A DNA stretch of 64,000 nucleotides. Origin: Lepidodermella squamata. Its lineage: Eukaryota > Animalia > Gastrotricha. A program made the translations under genes and the position numbers. The stretch lies in contig JBLDXI010000001.1 of assembly GCA_047495785.1 (NCBI GenBank), positions 3,658,001-3,722,000 of the forward strand. Reading direction: 5' to 3'. Position 1 is the first letter of the stretch; every line of letters starts with the position of its first letter. The notes under the pieces are model-generated. The model had not been told where the DNA came from, did not search any database, and saw only the letters and a program-made list of their open reading frames with translations. Shown here in pieces: positions 59,132 to 64,000 of this stretch.

Positions 59132-61490
59132 CTAAACAGTGGTATCGTCGATTAAAACCGGCTGATCTTGCGTTTGACTTGGATCGATCACTCCGTTATC
59201 ATTCTTGACACGCTTGCATCCGAAAATACGTTCTGTGCAATGAAACGTCCAATCTCTCAACAAAGCTTCTCCGCCTTCGTTCTCGCCAGATTTTGAGTAG
59301 TAACGCGCTCGGTATTCGTCGACCAGCGAGCTTTCAGCCGGCAGCCATTCGTCGGTCGGGAGAAAGACGCTCGCCAGTTTATTTTTCCACCCGCGATGAG
59401 GCGATTTTATTAAGACGTAAATCGCAAATCCTGGAATTGGCACGAAAGACACTAAGGAAATGAGCCAGCCAATAGCGATTGACCATTTCGGGTATTGGTA
59501 GCTGCCATAGGACGGATCTCGCAGGTTCCATAGACCGATAAATAGAAGAGCAGCCATGATAAGGGGCGTAACTACCAGCCAACAAATTTTCCAAAAATAA
59601 TTTGGCTGTGAGCCAAGCATGAGTTTAACATCCTCTGAGAATCTGCTCAGCCCGTAAATGTAGCTGATAATAACGATTTCGAGGAAAGCAACGACTGTCA
59701 CAGTAATTGAAGCCGTGTACCAATCGATGAGTACGTAGAGGTACATCCCGCCTTCGCAGCAGAGAGGCAAACCGAGAAGGAAGCAAACAGCGGTAACAAG
59801 GCCAGTAACCAGAATTTTCCGAGTACGTAGCTTCGGGAAAAGATCGCATAGACCACTGACGACAGTATCAACAAAACCAAACTGGCTGTCGATCCCAAGC
59901 AGCAACAACATAAGAAAGAAACAAACTGACCAGAACGCACTGCCTGGCATTTCGGCAAGCGCTTGAGGGTAAACCTAAAAGAAAGTAGGAATTAAAGCGC
60001 CGAAATAGGTTCATAACAGCTTACCACAAAAGCCAAACCGGCTCCCGAGGCTGCGAATCGACTAATGGGCATTTTCGCCCGTTTTGACATGAAGCCTATT
60101 ACAGAAAATATTGCGAAGCCTCCGTAAAGGGCGGTGAACAGATCGCAAAACGGGATTCCAATCGATTCTCTAGAAATCATCCCTGTATAAATCGAAACTT
60201 TAAATCCTTAATGACTTACACTTGCAATCGATGGTTGAACTTGTTGTAGCTAGCCATTGTAATCAAACCGCCCCATGACGGCCCGAGCGAGAAGAACATT
60301 TGTAAGGCAGCTTCGATCCAGACGTCCTTTTCGAGAAGTTTCGAAAAGTCGGGCGTGAGGTAGAACGAAAGGCCTTCGACCGCCCCATCAAGCGTCAAAC
60401 CACGAATGAGTAATGCCGTTAGCAACAGGTAAGGCAGTGTTGCGGTGACGTAAACGACTTTGCCAGTTGTCCGAACGCCTTGCATTTGGCACAGAAAGAC
60501 AATTAACCAGGCGGAGAAGAGTGACAGAGCAAGATGCCATTGAGGTGGACCCATATTTTCAATGCCGCTATCACTTTTCAATCCAAGTACCACGTTGCTA
60601 AAATCGAGAGATAACTGATTTTTAGTCAATTTATGAGAAATCTTACTTCCAAAAATCTTCGCTGGGCAGAAGGAAATCCTTGGGGGCGGCACTTGAGCAT
60701 TCCGAGAAATTCGAAGTTCCATTTGAGGAAATTAAAGTCCGATTAAATAAAGTGGAATTGCTATCACAAGACTCCGCTGCGGCTGTAAAAGGGTCATGGC
60801 ACTTCTCTAAAATTAGCAAAATTAAAAGAACAATATTTCGCAATTATTGAAAAATTACCTGTGTTCCAAGAATTTGTGCAACCTATCCATGGTAAATTTC
60901 CGGATACAGATTTCACCAGGTAAAAAAGGCCTGTATTGTTTAGATCAGAGTCAATAAAAATTCGAATTCTGCAGGGGTATAACTTACACCATGTTAATAG
61001 CATGTTGTAATAAATACTAGCTATTCCGGAGAGGAGGACGCATGCGTAACCGACGCCCTTGAAAATGGGGCACAGGCTCCACATGGTGAGCGGACTAAGG
61101 CCGGAAAATTGGCCTAGCGCCACCTCAATATAAAACAGCGGCATTCCACCAAACAACATGGCCACCAAAAATGGAATGAGAAATGCCCCACCACCATTTT
61201 TCATACACTGTGAATCAAAATGAACTCGGTTTAACAAGATTTTTTATTTCAAGTAAATTTACCAGGTATGGAAATCGCGTGAGTTCGCCAATACCAACGG
61301 AATATCCCAAGGTGGCTAAATAACAAAATACCAAGGTACCAAAAATTGATAGACAAATGACCCTACCCAGGAAGAATTCCATCTTGTTGCCCCATTGGCC
61401 TCTCTGCTGCCGCCTCCTTGTTGCCGCTGTATCTGGCGTAGTTTGCACTTCATTATTTTCGACTAATTTCTGCTTAACAGGCGAAGACAT
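59132..61490 (-). CDS. SLC6 sodium:neurotransmitter symporter (GlyT/PROT-like), multi-exon
   Basis: RGQWGNKMEF, RFPYL, NGGGAFLIP, GKVVYVTATLPY, QMFFSLG..WGGLITMASYN, GAGLAFV, LGIDSQF. Confidence 0.9.
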
Positions 61491-62012
61491 GTCCAGCTAT
61501 TACGCTGGTGGTCATAAGCTAATGCCGAGTAAAATATTCACACATTTCTGATTATAAATATCTATAAATCGACCATCATAAAATATGAATAATCTCACGT
61601 CCATTTATAAATATTACTGTAGAAAACTATTTAACGTGAATGCTTCTAGCAAGCAGCTGGAATAGCACAGAGGGTATGGCTACTACTAAAATAAACATGT
61701 GTGCTTCTCTAGATCGCCTGTTGTCACAAGAATGGTTGTATTCTAAATGAGCACATGCGATGCTCGCTCATAAAAACTCGTGCCATTGTCTGCGTCATGC
61801 CGCCTCGGAATATCTGAATGAAAAGAGCTTTAGCGTAAAGCCTCATCGGATCATGTCAATGAGAGACAACTGTTTGGCGCGTAAAAACGTGATTAAGTGA
61901 TGATAGATAAAAAAATCTTAATTTTTATCCAATCCTTATTACACGTTTTTAATAGAAAATCTTGTTTTTAAAAATTCATTCCGACATTTCGGTTATTTGC
62001 TATAACCATCTA

Positions 62013-62039
62013 CAGGGATTAGTTCTGAACTAATCCCTG
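62013..62039. repeat. Perfect 13-bp inverted repeat with 1-nt spacer
   Basis: cagggattagttc-t-gaactaatccctg. Confidence 0.8.
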
Positions 62040-62727
62040 AAGGGACCAAGCCACCGAGTTTTACCCGATTACCAACTTTTTTAGATTTCTGAGCTTTTCA
62101 TACCATCGATAGAACTCATCAAGCCATGGAAAACCCCGTTGTCCGTTTTTCAAAATTCGTTTCCAGCTCTGAGAAATATTCGGAAATATTGTGTTGTTTT
62201 AGATTTTTGGCGTCACGCTCGAGTGACCCCATCGAGCAAATTCGTTCCTATGATTGATTCCAAAACGCAAAATTTGATATTTCAAGGTTAGGCTGTAAAA
62301 ATACTTCAGGGATAAGTCGCGTATGTCGTGTGGCGTCATTAAACACCATTAAACACCACCAATAGGCCATGGGACATTCAAATGAATATTAAGGGGTCTA
62401 TCTCAACTTTTCATACTTCATACCTTGCGGTTGCTACCATCGGATTCTCCATCTAGCGTATTCCTACGTTCCGCGTTTCAGAGGTATGCATTTTTGAATA
62501 AGGGAAAATTTTTGTCTCAAAATTCGATTTTCTCTTTATAAATCGACAGAGAATAGAGAATAACATTCTAGTCTACGCTAATAACAAAACTTCGGAATAC
62601 GATTTTTATCAAATTGCTATTTTTTAAAATAATTTTTGGCCTGAACGCGTGACACAACTCGAAAAACCGGGTCAATGAATCAAAGCGGAATTTTATTGCT
62701 TCTACAACGTTATTGAGGTAGCTCTAT

Positions 62728-64000
62728 TCACAGTGCTGTAATAGCCTCGTCGCCTCTCTTTCTCTCAATGTTGTAATTAGTCACCGCTGCCGAAATGCTC
62801 TCCTCATCCATGGATGCAGGCGATGGCGCGGCCTGGCAGCAATGTCTCATCCTCGTTCCTCCAATCGATTTCTGTGGGGTACTTGAATCCAAATCCCGAT
62901 CAGGGCTGCGTCCAACATTAGTCGATGCATCTTCATCCGGGGTCCCGACTGAAAATCCAGGATTTTCATGGCCTTGATCTTTACTATGCTGGGAACTAGC
63001 TGACTTGATTGACTGGACATCTTCGATGACAACCTTATGATCAGTTTTAGGATGTTGTTCCTGAGGTGGCAATGTTCCCTTGACGCCGAACATGCGGCAA
63101 GTACAGTAGCAAACCCAGCATTTGAACAAAGATTCGCATTTAACAGGCCTAGCAATGCCATGACCCTCCAGTTCCCGGCAGAAAACGCAATGCTCGGCCG
63201 CTCCAAGGTTAGATCCTTTACAGCTTTTCTTGCCTTTGGTGTATCGATGTTTGTAATTGTCGACATGAGTCTTTTCAGCCGGGAGCCATTCTTCAGTCGG
63301 CAAAAATACGCTGGACAGTTTTTTCGTGATGCTTTTATGAGGTGAAGTCATAATCGCATGAATGGCGAATCCTGGAATAGGAAGAAATGAAAGAAGCGAA
63401 ATAGCCCATCCCAGACCAATGGCCCAGCCAGGGTATTTATAACCCCGATAAGATGGTTGATCGAGGTCTTTCAGGCCGATAAAAAGCAAAGCTCCCATGA
63501 AAAGCGGGGTGACGATGAGCCACGAAAATTTCCAAAGAATATTCGGCCGTTTGCCAAGCATCAGATAGACATCGTCGGAAAACCGACTCAAACCATAGAT
63601 GTATGCCACAATGACAACTTCCAGAAAAGCAACGACAGTTACGGTGATAGCTGCAGTGTACCAGTCGATCAAGACGTAGAGGTACATTCCACCCTCTGCG
63701 CAAATTGGTAGGCCAAGAATGAAGCATACGCTACAAACTGCTGCTGTGATCTTAACTTTATGGCCACGCAACACAGGGTACAGGTCGAAAAGCCCACTGA
63801 CCACCGTGTCCACAAAGCCAAACTGGCTGTCGATGCCGAGAGTGAGCAAGGTGAGGAAGAAGCAAATCGACCAAAACGGGCTAGCCGGCATTTCGGCAAT
63901 GGCTTGAGGATAAACCTAAAACATCAATTTTCGTGGAAACACCAATGATACCAATAAGGACAAGGATACCACAAAAGCCAAGCCCACTCCGGAAGCCGCG
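62728..64000 (-). CDS. Second SLC6 transporter, 3' part only (continues beyond the window)
   Basis: SGVGLAFV|VYPQAIAEMP..PFWSICFF..LLTLGIDSQF; same intron position as the neighbouring paralogue. Confidence 0.9.

Overview
Eukaryotic (animal-like) genomic DNA with a compact organisation: many 40-100 nt GT-AG introns, standard code, no CpG depletion. The taxon cannot be fixed from this window. Left to right: the 3' exon of a low-complexity gene; a UBE2L3-like E2 fused to a C-terminal SOCS-box-like motif; a NYN/PIN RNase with two CCCH fingers; a locally duplicated and MITE-riddled region; and a six-exon ADCY9-like adenylyl cyclase (minus, 10395-32526) with two changed catalytic residues. The cyclase introns hold antisense nested genes (a leucine-zipper/coiled-coil paralogue family), CRE-TATA and triple CArG-TATA promoter-like modules, and relics of Crypton, MULE, MADF and Penelope elements. 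Next is a tightly packed minus-strand, operon-like run (BTB-BACK, orphan with LINE-like tail, small RGG ORF, EF1B, TTBK, RNASEH2C, two orphans), then CCDC87-like, an orphan, and two tandem SLC6 transporters, one with rewired Na/Cl-site residues. Best leads: the E2-SOCS-box fusion and the cyclase-intron module. All exon boundaries and family calls are by eye; no searches were run.
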